Source of the DNA: Eledone cirrhosa
Taxonomy: Eukaryota
DNA length: 64,000 bases
Direction: 5' to 3'
Assembly: GCA_964016885.1 (NCBI GenBank)
Contig: OZ024744.1
Span: forward strand, 96,782,001 to 96,846,000
A program made the position numbers and the translations under genes. Below, piece after piece: positions 62,688-64,000 of this stretch. The number at the start of each line of letters is the position of its first letter. The stretch's first letter is position 1. The notes under the pieces are model-generated. The model was given only the letters and a program-made list of their open reading frames with translations. It was not told the DNA's origin and did no database searches.

Positions 62688-62955
62688 TTAATTAGGTTTA
62701 TAATATTTAAAGGTTTTTCTCAGTTTATGATTACACGATATTATTAATTCCTGTCGCTTATTTAATAGGATATCCTTAGATTTCATTATTTCAAAAAGTT
62801 CTTGGGAACATAATTTACATTCATATCTATTATTTTGATAAGGGGGTGGCCCTTTTGAGCACACTCCAGGTCAGGTCATAATCTATATTCCTCTTTCTAT
62901 AATTATTAATTATTTCAGCTAGAGATGTTGTATTAGCTATGCGGCATTTTTTGCT

Positions 62956-62958
<3 letters not shown>
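62688..62958 (-). pseudogene. C-terminus of a Penelope-like element ORF (GIY-YIG endonuclease end), one frameshift
   Basis: Manual translation gives NTTSLAEIINNYRKRNIDYDLTWSVLKRATP(+1)YQNNRYECKLCSQELFEIMKSKDILLNKRQELIISCNHKLRKTFKYYKPN*. This fits the PLE C-terminal W.IL..A.PY..C.LC..E..LLNKR.E...C.H pattern. Confidence 0.75.
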
Positions 62959-63008
<50 letters not shown>

Positions 63009-63139
63009 GTGGTTACACAACAGTTAGTTCACCATACCGGACCTAACCACTTCTACCTAACTCGTCCCTTGGACTGAGTGCTCTACTACTACGGATATTA
63101 CCTTCCAGTGTTCCACCACTATATATATATATATATATG

Positions 63140-63281
<142 letters not shown>

Positions 63282-63552
63282 TACATACATATATATACAA
63301 GCAAATTATAAACGTAAACATGTAAGTATGTTTTTGAAACGGTGCGCGAGTTTGAAATTATAAATTATAAATTATAAGCTTTCACCGTCTGGATAACCAA
63401 AGATGTGGGTTCGACTCCCATGTACGGCAACACTCATCTTTTTCCATTTCTCCGAGGGTTATAAACCCCACTATCAGGCTAGAAATTTCTTTAGTCTAAA
63501 ATAGGAAGTTTATAATTTCTAATTTCTAATATATATATATGTATATAAATAA

Positions 63553-63617
<65 letters not shown>

Positions 63618-64000
63618 AATAAACACATATATATGCATATATATATGTGTGTGTGTGTGTATGTATAAGTTTACACATTTACACATTTATAAACGCATAG
63701 AAACAAACGCACACACATATATATATGGGAATGGTTTACTTGTGTGTATATATATATGTATACATACATGCATATATATGAGGGTTTCTTTTTTGATTTT
63801 CGGATAACTGATTGTTCAAGAAAACTGATTGTAATCACATACTGACATTTAGGATATAATATATATTCTAAATGTACATTTTAATGTACAAAAGTTAATG
63901 TACGTGTATTCCAAGTTGTAGGGCAGAGTTTTGCATCTAAATAGCTGAAGTTTTGCATGGGGACACATCCTTTCATAGGTTAGGCTCCTTTGTCAGAATA

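Overview
This is AT-rich, microsatellite-saturated eukaryotic DNA. The SINE families and repeat landscape suggest a cephalopod (octopus-like) genome, which is an inference. I found no intact host protein-coding gene; most ORFs in the track are microsatellite artefacts. Recognisable content is retroelement debris: R4/Dong-type LINE pieces, CRE-type REL-endonuclease pieces, a ~4 kb decayed Tx1/L1-clade LINE plus four 3'-end fragments, RTE 3' ends, two tRNA-derived SINE families, Helitron-like elements, the C-terminus of a Penelope-like GIY-YIG ORF and a 105-109 bp satellite. The most striking feature is about 30 type-I hammerhead-ribozyme motifs (CUGAnGA...GAAA...UH closed by stem I), read by eye, from at least ten unrelated-looking families. 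They sit in small, mostly fold-back Penelope-like elements inserted into (TA)n. Several have greatly extended, covarying stem II domains or variant cores, and many share an ACTC...TTGAGTRCT hairpin 37-65 nt from their 3' end. All coordinates were counted manually and element edges are approximate.
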